Shown: positions 1 through 10,702, counted from the stretch's first letter. The stretch: 64,000 nt of DNA from an uncultured candidate division Zixibacteria bacterium (GCA_963801605.1 CAWDFP010000006.1:1248001-1312000); one strand, 5' to 3'. Numbers and translations: made by a program. The notes: generated by a model from the sequence alone, not told the origin.

Positions 1-459
1 CACTATTCATTCTCCGGGCAAAAAGCGGTTTTGAATATCAAAATAATTATAATTATCGTAGGTAGGCTTGTCAATAAATATTGTTATCGCAAAACTGCCT
101 GTCGATGATTTGGGCCGGCAGGGCAAATTATATCCCAATTGTGCAGCCTGTATTTTTTATCCACGATGAATTTTCAATATTTATTATGAAAATGAATATT
201 AATATCAAAATAATCCTTGACCGGAAACATAACTTTGAATTATCATGTTTTTATGACAAATTAGTAAAGGATGACTGATATGGTTTTTCCGCAAATGTTA
301 AGAAGTCCGATATTGGGAATCGCTCCAATAAAAATCCCGATTAAATCTTTCAAATCATCTACATCATTTTCTATAGGCAAAAAACGCGGAGATCAAATCA
401 TATCCTCGTCCATTTGTGCCAATTTTATAGCTTAGTACAGTGTTAAAAGGAGGGAAGCG

Positions 460-882
460 ATGAGCAGAGAACAAATTTACGCCGAAATCAAGGAAATGCT
501 GGGATTGGTACCCGGTTTCCTAAAAGCTATTCCCGATTCCTCATTGGAACTCGAATGGCGGCTTTTTAAGAGAGTGCAATTCGAAGAGGGGCCCATTCCA
601 AACAAATATCGCGAATTGATTGGACTGGGCATCGCGGCCGCCACCAAGTGTCGTTATTGCGCCTTATTCCATACCGAGGCGGCCAGGCTAAATGGCGCCA
701 CCGAGGCCGAAATCGAGGATGCTGTGCATTTCGCTAAGTCCAGCGCCGGCTGGAGCGCGTATATCAACGGCTTGCAGATCGATTACGACGAATTCAAGAA
801 TGAGGTTCGTCAGATTACCAACTATATCCGTAACAATGCGCCGCAGGAAAAAGTAATGCAGACTGCCAAAATGGGAAGGTAA
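460..882 (+). CDS. Carboxymuconolactone decarboxylase / AhpD-like protein
   Basis: IPNKYRELIGLGIAAATKCRYCALFH (CxxC-xxx-H) and GATEAEI motifs; AGGAGG RBS upstream. Confidence 0.85.
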   Translation: MSREQIYAEIKEMLGLVPGFLKAIPDSSLELEWRLFKRVQFEEGPIPNKYRELIGLGIAAATKCRYCALFHTEAARLNGATEAEIEDAVHFAKSSAGWSAYINGLQIDYDEFKNEVRQITNYIRNNAPQEKVMQTAKMGR

Positions 883-1061
883 ATCGAATTTACCCATAGT
901 CACCGGCGCCAAATTAGGGCCGGCCTTGAGACGGCCGGAAATGAGAATCTGAATTAGGATTTCAGGAGGGGAATTCTTCAGATCGTTTGGCTCATTAAAT
1001 TGGGTAAGCGATCCAAAATTTGGCGTGAATTAGAAGGGAGAAATTAGATACGAGTTTTCAC

Positions 1062-1092
1062 CGGGGGAGAGAATATTTAGATTTCTCCCCCG
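1062..1092. terminator. Strong hairpin, possible terminator
   Basis: CGGGGGAGA...TCTCCCCCG inverted repeat; no clear U-tract. Confidence 0.4.
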
Positions 1093-1186
1093 CAGCATTA
1101 AAAAATCATTTTATGGTTGAATGTTCAAATTTACCTCCTAATTGAGCGTAGAACATTCATACCAAACATTAAAAAGGGAGGGCGTA

Positions 1187-1504
1187 ATGGGTAATCAGCA
1201 GAAAACTGAAACCCGGATTCGCGAAGAAAACAGAACCATGGTTAAAAATTGGTATCTGGTGACATCACCACATACTCAGGAGGAATGCATGCAGGCGCTG
1301 GACAAAGTAGCATCTTTGGGCCAGCAAAACGCATCCCAATGGAAATGGGGCTGCATGTCGGGTGACCATACCGGATATGCCTTTGTTCATGCCGATAGTC
1401 CGGAACAAGCCTTGAAAATGGTTCCTGATATTATCAGGGAAAAAGCCAAAGTAGAAAAGGTAAACGAGTTTACGGTCGATCAAATCAGGGCTATGCATAA
1501 GTAG
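1187..1504 (+). CDS. Small hypothetical protein (DUF3303/dimeric alpha+beta-barrel-like), His/Cys-containing
   Basis: AGGGAGGG RBS before ATG 1187; YLVTSPH...WGCMSGDHTGYAFVHADSPEQA pattern. Confidence 0.6.
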   Translation: MGNQQKTETRIREENRTMVKNWYLVTSPHTQEECMQALDKVASLGQQNASQWKWGCMSGDHTGYAFVHADSPEQALKMVPDIIREKAKVEKVNEFTVDQIRAMHK

Positions 1505-1535
1505 TCCGATAATTTATTCCACATTGTAATCGCAG

Positions 1536-1570
1536 GGAGGAGTCGAAACAAAACTCCTCCTATCATTTTC
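1536..1570 (+). terminator. Intrinsic terminator candidate
   Basis: GGAGGAGT/ACTCCTCC stem followed by a T-rich tract. Confidence 0.5.
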
Positions 1571-1759
1571 TCCCAAATTAGAGATAAAGTACTGTCAAAT
1601 TAATATATCCTTGCTCCTCTTTTCATAAGACTATCAGCGGTTAAGGCTATAACGGCGTAATTGGCGATAAGGCTTGACAATAGAAGAGCCCGTCATATCT
1701 TTACGCCGAATGAGTTCTGTATTCAATTGAACAAACCCGGAGCCATTCAGGCGGATCGA

Positions 1760-4700
1760 ATGTCATTATTCAAGCCTCAATTGTTAAATCTCTCTAAAAA
1801 TACTTCGATTTTTATAATCCTGATTTTTCCGATTCTATCAATCGTATCCCGCGGAAATGCCGCAGAAAAAGATATATGGGCTAAGGATCATTCGGAGAGC
1901 CTCATGCCCAAAGGGTCTGAATTGGACGAACTCCTCAATTTTGGCGGTCCGGATAGTTATGGCTACTATTTTTTTGATTCGCAGGATAGCGCTGCCAACG
2001 CTCCTCATTACCGCTGGGTAGAATTGGCGGCAATCGGCGACAGCATAAATTTATATGAGGACGATCAGATATCCAGTTCACTTGCTATCGGCTTCCCGTT
2101 TTTCTTTTATAACCAGAACTTTACGACTTTTAGAATCTGCTCCAACGGTTGGATAAGTTTCAACTCGACAATCCCCAGCTATCAGAATCGTCCTATTCCC
2201 ACCGCCGACGAGCCCAATAATCTTTTGGCTGCTTTCTGGGACGACCTGGTGCAGGATTCCGGAATGGTCTATTATTATACCAATAATACCGATACCTGCA
2301 TTGTGGAATGGCGTAATTATCACCATTACAACGCCGTCGGCAATTACACTTTCGAAATAATTTTAACCCGTGACAACAGTATCCATTTCCAATATCAGCA
2401 TCTGAGTGGCATACTCGATTCACACACCATCGGCATCGAAAATTCATCCGGCTCATCGGGATTGCAATATGTCTACAATAGCTATCTTGATGAAACAGGC
2501 AGATCGGTTTACTTCGGTACACGCCCGCCGCATTATGCCACTCACGACGTCATGCCATCGGCAATCAGATCGCCCGGGGTCAGAGGTCTGGTGCGCATCG
2601 CAATTGCCCCCTCGATCAGATTCACCAACGCCGGAAACGTATCCGAAACTTTCGATGGCCGCGTAATAATTTCCCATAACGGCGAGCTTTACAATCAGGT
2701 CCGACATCTAACTTCACTTCGTTCCGACAGTTCTCTGCAAGTTTCATTTCCGGCATTCGCGCCGACCGACACCGGCTCTTATCAGATCGTGGCGATAAGC
2801 CAGTTGGCAACCGATTTACTGCCGCGCAACGATACGATCAGTATGTCCTATTTCGCTTATGGGGCCATGATATCGCAAAATTTCGAAACCAATTCCGGCT
2901 CATTTCTGGGCAACCACGATTGGCAATGGGGAACCGCTACGCGCGGGCCGAGTAGCGCTCATTCGGGCGTTAAGGTATGGGGAACGATATTGAACGGCAA
3001 TTATACGGTTGGTCCCCTGCTTTCGACTTTATATTCCGATACTCTTTTCTTAAGCGATAGCGCCATCCTTACATTCTGGCAATGGCATAACACCGAAGCC
3101 CTTTTCGATGGCGGCAATGTCAAGATTTCTACTGACGACGGCATTAACTGGACGCTCTTAACTCCCGAGGGCGGGTACGATGGAGTGCTTTCCAACGCTT
3201 TTGAAAACCCAATGGGGGGACAGCCGGCATTTTTCGGCATTTCGCCGGGCTGGATAATGGAAACTATCGATCTTTCATCGTATGCGGGTACAACCGCCAT
3301 AATAAGATTCGATTTCGGCTCGGATAATTCCGGGGTGTCAACCGGCTGGTATATTGATGATTTCGCTCTAATAGACGGAGGATTGGCAAAGCCCGGTTGG
3401 ATTAGTGGCGTTGTTAGAAATGATTCTGCCCGCGCCATTCCGGGGGCAATGATTCGAGCCGGAAATCGAAATCGTGCTGCCGATTCACTGGGCCGTTATT
3501 TTTTGGAAATCATTCCGGGGACCTATTCCGTTACAGCCTCCGCGCCGTATCATAATACTCTTACATCAAGTGGAATTGTGGTCTATGCCAGCGATACCAC
3601 ATCCCTTGATTTCGCTCTGACTGCTCCGCGTATCGCAGTAGATACCGCGGCTATCGATACCTCATTACGGCAGGAACAAACTATCGATTTTACTCGCCAG
3701 ATCACCAACAATGGAAGCGGCCCGCTTGATTTTAATATCAGAATAAATAGCGAAAATATCATCCCCAAGAACGGTCGGGGAAAGCTCGATGCGAATGGCA
3801 GAGATAACCCCGATAATCCGCCTCAAATTGCTGATTTCGGAGACGAGTCTTTCATATTCGATCCGCAGACTCCCACTCAGGATGACGGCTGCGTTGGAGT
3901 GGAGTTTGACGGCAAATATTTCTGGGTTACGGGACGGCATGGGATCGACGAGTTCCACAAGCTTCACAAATTCAACGCCTCCGGTGAACTAATTGAATCG
4001 TTTGAACAAAACACCCGCTCCGTGTGGGGCTGGCGAGATCTGGCTTTCGATGGCCGCTACCTGTATGCCTCCGATGAAAATGGGCTGGCCGTGATCGATA
4101 CTGCCACCGGGCAAAAAATTGACACTCTTCATGCTCCATCGGGCATTCCGTTGCCCTTGCGCGCCCTGGCTTATGATCCTCGAAATGATCATTTCTGGAC
4201 GGCCAACTTCTCATCCAACATTATTGAATTTGACCGTACCGGCCAAACGATCAGGTCTTTTCCCAATGACCGCCATATCTTCGGCCTGGCCTGGGATGAT
4301 GCCTCCATCGATGGCCCCTGGCTTTGGGTTTTCTCGCAGGATAGTATCCCGCCACTGAAAGTTTCGCAGTTTGATCCCAGAAATGGCGTCTTTACCAATG
4401 TCACCTTTAGCGCCATCGATCATAATGGAGGCGATCCTGATCTGGCAGGAGGCGCCTGTTTTACAACCGAGTGGAATCAGTCCAAAGGCATTTTATTTTG
4501 CATGGTTATGGGACGAACCGATCCTTTCAATATTTTAGACCGAGTTCAGGGATATGAAATCACTCCTGTTAGACGATGGTTGCGGGTAGATCCAATGTCC
4601 GGCACAATCGCACCCGGCGGCAGCCAGGATTTATCAATCTCATTAGATTTCAGTGATTCGCTCTTCACCGCCGATTCGCTCTATCGCGGCGCAATTTCTA

Positions 4701-5050
4701 TCCTCAATAATGGGCCATACTCCCCAACCATTCCAATCACTGTTGGTTTGCTTTCGGATGTTTTGGAGAATGGGCAGACTTTGCCTCGCGAATTCAGTCT
4801 GGAGCAGAACTACCCCAACCCGTTTAATTCCTCAACGATAATCAACTTCTCATTACCGCGAGAATCTGCTGTCAGGCTCGAGGTTTTTAATATCCTGGGG
4901 CAAAAGGTCGTAACTTTGATCGATAAGCGCCTTCAGTCGGGATATTACAGCGTAAATTGGGATGCCAACGACGTGGCATCAGGTGTCTACTATTATCATT
5001 TATCTGCCGATAACGCCTCTCAAATCGGCAAAATGACTCTTCTAAAATAA
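1760..5050 (+). CDS. Large secreted multidomain protein (NIDO-like, Ig/CARDB-like, MAM/immune-inhibitor-like, carboxypeptidase-regulatory-like, beta-propeller) with T9SS type-A/FlgD-like C-terminal domain
   Basis: Hydrophobic N-terminus; GGPDSYGY, GWYIDD motifs; C-terminal FSLEQNYPNPFNSST...GVYYYHL...KMTLLK. Start uncertain (ORF open from 1661). Confidence 0.75.
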   Translation: MSLFKPQLLNLSKNTSIFIILIFPILSIVSRGNAAEKDIWAKDHSESLMPKGSELDELLNFGGPDSYGYYFFDSQDSAANAPHYRWVELAAIGDSINLYEDDQISSSLAIGFPFFFYNQNFTTFRICSNGWISFNSTIPSYQNRPIPTADEPNNLLAAFWDDLVQDSGMVYYYTNNTDTCIVEWRNYHHYNAVGNYTFEIILTRDNSIHFQYQHLSGILDSHTIGIENSSGSSGLQYVYNSYLDETGRSVYFGTRPPHYATHDVMPSAIRSPGVRGLVRIAIAPSIRFTNAGNVSETFDGRVIISHNGELYNQVRHLTSLRSDSSLQVSFPAFAPTDTGSYQIVAISQLATDLLPRNDTISMSYFAYGAMISQNFETNSGSFLGNHDWQWGTATRGPSSAHSGVKVWGTILNGNYTVGPLLSTLYSDTLFLSDSAILTFWQWHNTEALFDGGNVKISTDDGINWTLLTPEGGYDGVLSNAFENPMGGQPAFFGISPGWIMETIDLSSYAGTTAIIRFDFGSDNSGVSTGWYIDDFALIDGGLAKPGWISGVVRNDSARAIPGAMIRAGNRNRAADSLGRYFLEIIPGTYSVTASAPYHNTLTSSGIVVYASDTTSLDFALTAPRIAVDTAAIDTSLRQEQTIDFTRQITNNGSGPLDFNIRINSENIIPKNGRGKLDANGRDNPDNPPQIADFGDESFIFDPQTPTQDDGCVGVEFDGKYFWVTGRHGIDEFHKLHKFNASGELIESFEQNTRSVWGWRDLAFDGRYLYASDENGLAVIDTATGQKIDTLHAPSGIPLPLRALAYDPRNDHFWTANFSSNIIEFDRTGQTIRSFPNDRHIFGLAWDDASIDGPWLWVFSQDSIPPLKVSQFDPRNGVFTNVTFSAIDHNGGDPDLAGGACFTTEWNQSKGILFCMVMGRTDPFNILDRVQGYEITPVRRWLRVDPMSGTIAPGGSQDLSISLDFSDSLFTADSLYRGAISILNNGPYSPTIPITVGLLSDVLENGQTLPREFSLEQNYPNPFNSSTIINFSLPRESAVRLEVFNILGQKVVTLIDKRLQSGYYSVNWDANDVASGVYYYHLSADNASQIGKMTLLK

Positions 5051-5108
5051 CCGGCTTAATTTAAATATTATGTAAACATTTCTATAGATGTGCCGAAACA
5101 GATATTGT

Positions 5109-6032
5109 ATGGTTACGTCTATGCCAGAGAGCCTGCAGCGCTACCTCGATTACCTCAGTCTCGAGAGAGGCTTAGCTAATATGAGTCTCGAATCCTATCG
5201 CAACGATATTGAGAAGTTTCGTCATTATCTCGAAGAGCGTAAGCTTGCTCCGGATAAGCTGCGGCAAACGGACTTGACCGGCTTTCTCGAATACTTGCGT
5301 AAGAGCGGCATGGCGCCCAGTTCTATTGCCAGAAATTTGAGCTCCATTAAGGGATTTTTTCGCTTCTTAAAAAAATCCGGCGAAACTAACAGCAACCCGG
5401 CCGAGTCAATAACCGGCCCCAAGCTTTTCAGGCCGCATCCCGGAGCACTTTCGGTCGATGATGTCTTTAAGCTTTTGGATGGCGCCAGGCTGGCTCGTAA
5501 AAGCGATAAGACCAAAAAATGTATGGTGCTTCGGGACCAGGCGCTTTTGGAATTCCTCTACGGCACCGGGGCCAGAGTATCCGAGGCCGCCAATGCTAAG
5601 AAGGCCGACCTTTATTCCGAGATGGGACTTGTCAGGCTCTTCGGCAAAGGGAGCAAGGAGCGAGTGGTTCCAATGGGCAAAGTGGCCTGGGCGGCGGTGA
5701 AAGAATATCTCGATGGTTGCAGGCCCAAGCTGGTCGGAGCTCTAAGCGCCGATTACCTGTTTCTGAATAATCGCGGCGGGCAACTCTCTCGTATGGGGAT
5801 TTGGAAGATACTCAATAAATATGTGACCCTGGCAGGCATCACAAAAAATGTCAGTCCGCATACGCTCAGGCATAGCTTTGCAACTCATCTTTTGGCTGGT
5901 GGGGCGGATTTAATTGCAGTTCAGGAGCTTTTGGGTCACGCTGATATCACTACAACCGAAATATACACACATCTCGATAACGATTTCTTAATCTCTGAGC
6001 ATCGGGAGTTCCATCCCAGGGAAAAATGGTAA
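5109..6032 (+). CDS. xerD: Tyrosine recombinase XerD
   Basis: LSLERGLA N-terminus, LYGTGARVSE, GKGSKER, HTLRHSFATH, LLGHADITTTEIYTH; start approximate. Confidence 0.9.
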   Translation: MVTSMPESLQRYLDYLSLERGLANMSLESYRNDIEKFRHYLEERKLAPDKLRQTDLTGFLEYLRKSGMAPSSIARNLSSIKGFFRFLKKSGETNSNPAESITGPKLFRPHPGALSVDDVFKLLDGARLARKSDKTKKCMVLRDQALLEFLYGTGARVSEAANAKKADLYSEMGLVRLFGKGSKERVVPMGKVAWAAVKEYLDGCRPKLVGALSADYLFLNNRGGQLSRMGIWKILNKYVTLAGITKNVSPHTLRHSFATHLLAGGADLIAVQELLGHADITTTEIYTHLDNDFLISEHREFHPREKW

Positions 6033-7006
6033 CGCTTTTAGAAAGAGAAGTTGGCCACGAGGCCAGGGTACAATCGCATAAATTACATTGCGGTTTATGC
6101 CAGCGCAATGTTGCCATCGAGGCAATGTTGACTGCTTCGCTTTCCGGTTACGAGGTCGTCATCCATCACTTCGATACCATCAGCGCTCTCTATGAACAGA
6201 ACCAGCGTTCCTATATCGATCTGATCGTCTTTGCGGCCGGCGAGGACCCCGAATGGTTGATGCCCTTAGTGCGCGAGATAAAGGCTCACTCAATTCTGCA
6301 ATTTATCCCCATACTGATCTTTGCGCCGGCGGCGGGGAAAAATTATGTTGTTGAGGCCTACCGCTTGGGAGTCGAGGAGTGCATTACCGGTTTCTGGGAT
6401 CATCAAATCGAGGCTGCCAAGATTGAGATGCTGATATTCCGTTCGCGGCGCGATCTGAGCGTCAACCCATCCTCGAAACTGCCCGGCCCCAACGCCATCG
6501 AATATGAGATCGATAAACGCCTCCAGATCGGTGATAAGTTCGCGGTCTGCTATGGCGATCTCGATAATTTTAAAGCTTATAACGATTATTACGGTTATGT
6601 TTATGGCGATAAAATGATTCGGATAACGTCGCTGATCATCCGCAACGTTGTACAGGATTTAACGCCGCAGGGATTTGTGGGGCATATCGGCGGTGACGAT
6701 TTTATCTGGATTGTGCCGGTGGAGATGGTGGACCCCATCTGCAAAAACATAATCGCTACCTTCGATCGCATGGTGCCGTTTCGCTACGCCGAAACTGATC
6801 GAAATCGCGGCTGGATCGAGGTTGCCAACCGTCGCGACGTGGTGGAACGATTCCCGATCATGAGCATCTCTATCGCTGTGATAATCAATCAGAAGCGGAT
6901 GTTCAAACATCCCGGCGAGATGAGCCACATGATGGCCGATCTCAAGAAATACACCAAATCCCTGCCCGGCTCCAACTACATGGTTGAGCGCCGCAAAAAA
7001 TATTAA
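6026..7006 (+). CDS. Degenerate receiver domain + GGDEF-family (GGDDF) protein
   Basis: DLDNFKAYNDYYG and GHIGGDDF motifs; REC-like N-terminal region. Confidence 0.8.
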   Translation: MVTLLEREVGHEARVQSHKLHCGLCQRNVAIEAMLTASLSGYEVVIHHFDTISALYEQNQRSYIDLIVFAAGEDPEWLMPLVREIKAHSILQFIPILIFAPAAGKNYVVEAYRLGVEECITGFWDHQIEAAKIEMLIFRSRRDLSVNPSSKLPGPNAIEYEIDKRLQIGDKFAVCYGDLDNFKAYNDYYGYVYGDKMIRITSLIIRNVVQDLTPQGFVGHIGGDDFIWIVPVEMVDPICKNIIATFDRMVPFRYAETDRNRGWIEVANRRDVVERFPIMSISIAVIINQKRMFKHPGEMSHMMADLKKYTKSLPGSNYMVERRKKY

Positions 7007-7038
7007 ATCCCAAAAAAATAATTATTTAGCTGCCGTTG

Positions 7039-7282
7039 GTCAGGTCGCCTGCGACCTGACTCTTTTTGATGGCGCATTTTATGCGCGCGAAAAAGTAGCC
7101 GGGGGTCCCTGTGGTCCCCGGCTTATTTTTCATCTTTGGCTGTAGCATCAGGTCCCCGAACCTGATGCATAGGGTAGGTCGGGTTCCGGCGGTGGCATGC
7201 TTCCCGAGTCCCTTGGACGAGGAAAGCTTGTGCAGGGCTAAATGAAAATAAAAATGGCGCCAGGCCGTTTGACCTGACGCCA
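7039..7282. repeat. Cluster of REP-like palindromes (BIME-like)
   Basis: Hairpins at 7039-7060, 7095-7123 (GTAG-led), 7142-7168 (GTAG-led), 7174-7209 (GTAG-led, imperfect) and 7255-7282. Confidence 0.65.
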
Positions 7283-7303
7283 CTTGTAACTCGTAACTCT
7301 CTC

Positions 7304-8552
7304 TTACATCCCGTACATCTCGATAATCTCTTTTTTGCCTTTGCCAAGAATATTGTATTTGGCGCCGACTTTCGTGAAGGCGGCAATAGCCAGATCGAGA
7401 TGATGACTTCTCATGCGCCGCTGAAAGCTGGGTGCGAATCCTGGCCGCGCCTTTGGGCACCACCGGGAAGAAGAATCCTACCGCGTAAATCCCTTCGGCG
7501 TAAAGATCGCGGGCGAAATCCTGAGCCAGCTTGGCGTTGTAGAGCATTACCGGCACGATCGGGCTGTCGCCTTCTTTAAGATCGAATCCGGCTTTCTCCA
7601 AAGCGCTTCGCCAATATTTTGTATTCCATTCCAGCTTATCGCGACGTTCGGTGGTTTTGGAAATCAGGTCCAGCACCCGAATCGCTCCCGCCACTATCAC
7701 CGGCGCTACAGTATTGGAGAATAGATACGGTCTGGCGCGTTGACGGCACAGCTCCACCAACTCGCGACGACCGCTGACACAGCCACCCGATGCGCCGCCG
7801 AGCGCCTTGCCCAATGTGGTTGTGATGATATCGATCTTGCCGACTACGCCGCAATGCTCGTGCGTACCGCGACCGGTCTTGCCGATAAAGCCCGATGAGT
7901 GCGATTCATCGACAAATACCATCGAATCATATTTTTCGGCCAACGCCACAATCTCGTCAAGCTTGGCCAGGTCGCCATCCATTGAGAAAACGCCATCGGT
8001 GATAATCATCCGGAAACGCTTATCCTGATGTTCCTGAAGCTTTTCCTCGAGATGCCCCATATCGGAATGCTTATAGGTGTCCTGCATCGCTTTGCAGAGA
8101 CGCATACCATCGACAATCGAGGCATGCACCAGGCGATCGGCTATCATGATATCTTTATCTGTTAAAATTGCCTCGAAAACGCCGGCGTTGGCATCCATAC
8201 AGGATGGAAACAGCAGGGTGTCCTCGGTGCCGAGGAAGGTTGTCAGCTTGCTTTCCAGTTGACGGTGAATATCCTGGGTGCCGCAGATAAAACGTACCGA
8301 TGACATTCCGTAGCCGCGGGAATCAAGTCCCTCATGCGCCGCTTTGATAACCTCGGGATGGCTCGATAGCCCGAGATAATTATTAGCGCACATATTGATT
8401 ACTTTTTTAAGCTCGGCGCCGTTGGGAAATTCCACCACAATATCGGCGTTCTGAGGAGCGTGAATATAGCGCTCCTCCTTGAAAATCCCGGCATCCTTAA
8501 TACCACGAATTTCAGTTTGATATATTTCGCGGGATTTATCACTGTAAGCCAC
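7304..8552 (-). CDS. kbl: Glycine C-acetyltransferase (2-amino-3-ketobutyrate CoA ligase)-like PLP enzyme, copy 1; +1 frameshift near 7406
   Basis: [37 protein letters not shown]. Removing one base at ~7406 restores ...AAHEKHHLDLAIAAFTKVG...EMYGM* ending at 7304. Confidence 0.85.
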
Positions 8553-8611
8553 GCTTACCTCCTAACATCAACATTTTACGAATTGATCAAATTCTACGCC
8601 AGGTTCGCAAG

Positions 8612-8869
8612 TTATGCTTTTGTGAATCGATTTACCAAATCCACAATTTTGTTGACCGAATCGAATGCTTCCGGCGATGCATCGGCATCCGGTATTGTGA
8701 TAGTGTATTTCCGTTCCAGGAACCGCTTGAGCGAAACCATCGAAAAGGAATCGACGATACCGCCTGAAATGAGCGGGGTGTTCTCGTCCACAGTACGGTC
8801 ATCATCTTCTTCCAGATATTCACGTTTGACGTAGTCCAGTACGACCTTTTTCATCTCATCCATACTCAT
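8612..8869 (-). CDS. Acyl carrier protein
   Basis: 85 aa, acidic, LISGGIVDSFSMV phosphopantetheine-attachment Ser motif. Confidence 0.9.
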   Translation of the reverse strand: MSMDEMKKVVLDYVKREYLEEDDDRTVDENTPLISGGIVDSFSMVSLKRFLERKYTITIPDADASPEAFDSVNKIVDLVNRFTKA

Positions 8870-8971
8870 TCATCCTTTCAGAAATATTGTTAATATTATT
8901 ATTTTTCAATTTCCTTATCACTTACCGGATATTTTCATCCGATAAATGTATGACCCGCGACTCATGACTCC

Positions 8972-10678
8972 CTAATCATTTTCAAGAGTCGAAATATCGC
9001 CGATCGGCTCGCCCCATTCCTGGGCGCGTAATACTCGACGCATAATCTTGCCGCTCCTGGTTTTGGGCAGCGATTTTACAAATTCGATCTCCTGCGGCAT
9101 TGCCAATGGCGACAGCCTCTTTCTGATAAAATTCATGATCTCGAGTTCCAGATCGTCACCGGGTTCAAAACCGGGCTTTACTGCTACAAATGCCTTAACC
9201 ACTTCCATATTGACCGGATCAGGCTTGCCCACGGCTGCCGATTCCGCTACCGCCGGATGTTCCAACAGCGCCGATTCTATCTCGAACGGCCCTACCAGGT
9301 GACCGCCGGTGTTGATAACATCATCATCGCGGCCGACAAACCAGTAATAACCCTCTGCGTCGATACTGGCTCTGTCGCCGCACAAATACCAACCATTCTT
9401 GAATTTATTTTTATATATCTCTTCGTTTTTCCAATAAGTGCGGAACATCGAGGGCCACCCCGGACGAAGCGCTATCAGGCCAACCGTGCCGACATTATTG
9501 ATCGGCTCGAATGTCTTGGGATTGACCACCGTGGCGGTTATGCCGGGGAATGGTTTGCCCATCGAACCGGGTTTAATCGGCATACCGGGATAGTTGGTAA
9601 TAACTATTGAACCGGTTTCGGTTTGCCAGAATGTGTCGTGGAACATCTTCCCAAACGCCTCTTTCGACCAGATGACCGCCTCGGCATTTAGAGGCTCGCC
9701 TACGCTGCAGAGATGACGAAGACAGCTTAGGTCAAACTTTCTGACCAGATCAGTGCCGTCACGCATTAAAAGCCTGATGGCCGTGGGGGCTGAATACCAG
9801 ACCGTGATTTTATGTTTTTGAATGAAGGCGTACCATTTCTCGGAACTGAAACCCGCATCGAGCACTGCCTGCGTTACGCCGTTTACCCAGGGCCCGATAA
9901 TTCCATAGGATGTGCCCGTTACCCAGCCGGGATCGGCATTACACCAGTAGATATCATCGTCTTGTAGATCGAGTACCCATTTGGATGTTAGGTATTGCGA
10001 GATAAGCGAATAATGCACATGTTGGGCGCCCTTTGGCTGGCCGGTAGTCCCCGATGTGTAATGCAGCACTGACGGCGTCTCCGCTACTGAGGGGTAAGCA
10101 TCCCAATTTTCCACGCGAGGCTCGGTTTCCATATTGAAAGCGACCTCACGTTCGCGAAGCAGCGAGGAATCATCTGCATCAACTACAATGATATGCCGAA
10201 TTTCGGGTAGCTGCTTTAGTATTTTGCGCACTTTCGCGACATGCTTTTTCTGAGTCAGTATTGCTGATGTTTTAGCGTTATCAAGTCTCGTAAACAGAGA
10301 TTCATCGCCGAATGCCGAAAATAACGGTTGGGCAATTCCGCCCATCTTGAGGATTCCCAAAAACGAAATATAAAGCTCCGGTACTCTATCCATGAAAATG
10401 CAGATGCGCTCGCCCGGCTTGAGACCCAATTTGGTGAAGAAGCTGGCAAAAGTATTCGAGAGTAGGCGAAGATCGTTGTAGGTAAATGTTTTATTATTGC
10501 CAAGATGATCTTCCCAAATCATCGCTTTCTTGGCGCCTTTGCCCTGGTTGCAGATACGATCGCTGCAGTACCATCCGATATTTATTTTATCGCCTTTTTT
10601 GTATCCAAGCTCTTTTTCGGAAATTGACCAATCAAATCCCTTTAATCTCTGTTCATACGATTCAATGTTTGACATCAC
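8972..10678 (-). CDS. acsA: Acetate--CoA ligase-like AMP-forming adenylation enzyme
   Basis: YTSGTTGQPKG, DTFWQTETG, GRDDDVIN, LPKTRSGKIMRR. Confidence 0.85.
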   Translation of the reverse strand: MMSNIESYEQRLKGFDWSISEKELGYKKGDKINIGWYCSDRICNQGKGAKKAMIWEDHLGNNKTFTYNDLRLLSNTFASFFTKLGLKPGERICIFMDRVPELYISFLGILKMGGIAQPLFSAFGDESLFTRLDNAKTSAILTQKKHVAKVRKILKQLPEIRHIIVVDADDSSLLREREVAFNMETEPRVENWDAYPSVAETPSVLHYTSGTTGQPKGAQHVHYSLISQYLTSKWVLDLQDDDIYWCNADPGWVTGTSYGIIGPWVNGVTQAVLDAGFSSEKWYAFIQKHKITVWYSAPTAIRLLMRDGTDLVRKFDLSCLRHLCSVGEPLNAEAVIWSKEAFGKMFHDTFWQTETGSIVITNYPGMPIKPGSMGKPFPGITATVVNPKTFEPINNVGTVGLIALRPGWPSMFRTYWKNEEIYKNKFKNGWYLCGDRASIDAEGYYWFVGRDDDVINTGGHLVGPFEIESALLEHPAVAESAAVGKPDPVNMEVVKAFVAVKPGFEPGDDLELEIMNFIRKRLSPLAMPQEIEFVKSLPKTRSGKIMRRVLRAQEWGEPIGDISTLEND

Positions 10679-10702
10679 TTTTCCCTCTAATCATGTACGA
10701 AT

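Noticed and set aside
81..278. 65-aa ORF
   Set aside because: AT-rich upstream region, TTG start, no RBS or motif.
5109..7282. Tyrosine recombinase plus nearby hairpins as an integron or mobile element
   Set aside because: The protein has XerD signatures and no IntI-specific insertion; the hairpins do not alternate with cassette ORFs.
7026..7303. C-terminal extension of the 508-aa kbl ORF
   Set aside because: Artefact of the frameshift at ~7406; it runs through the palindrome cluster.
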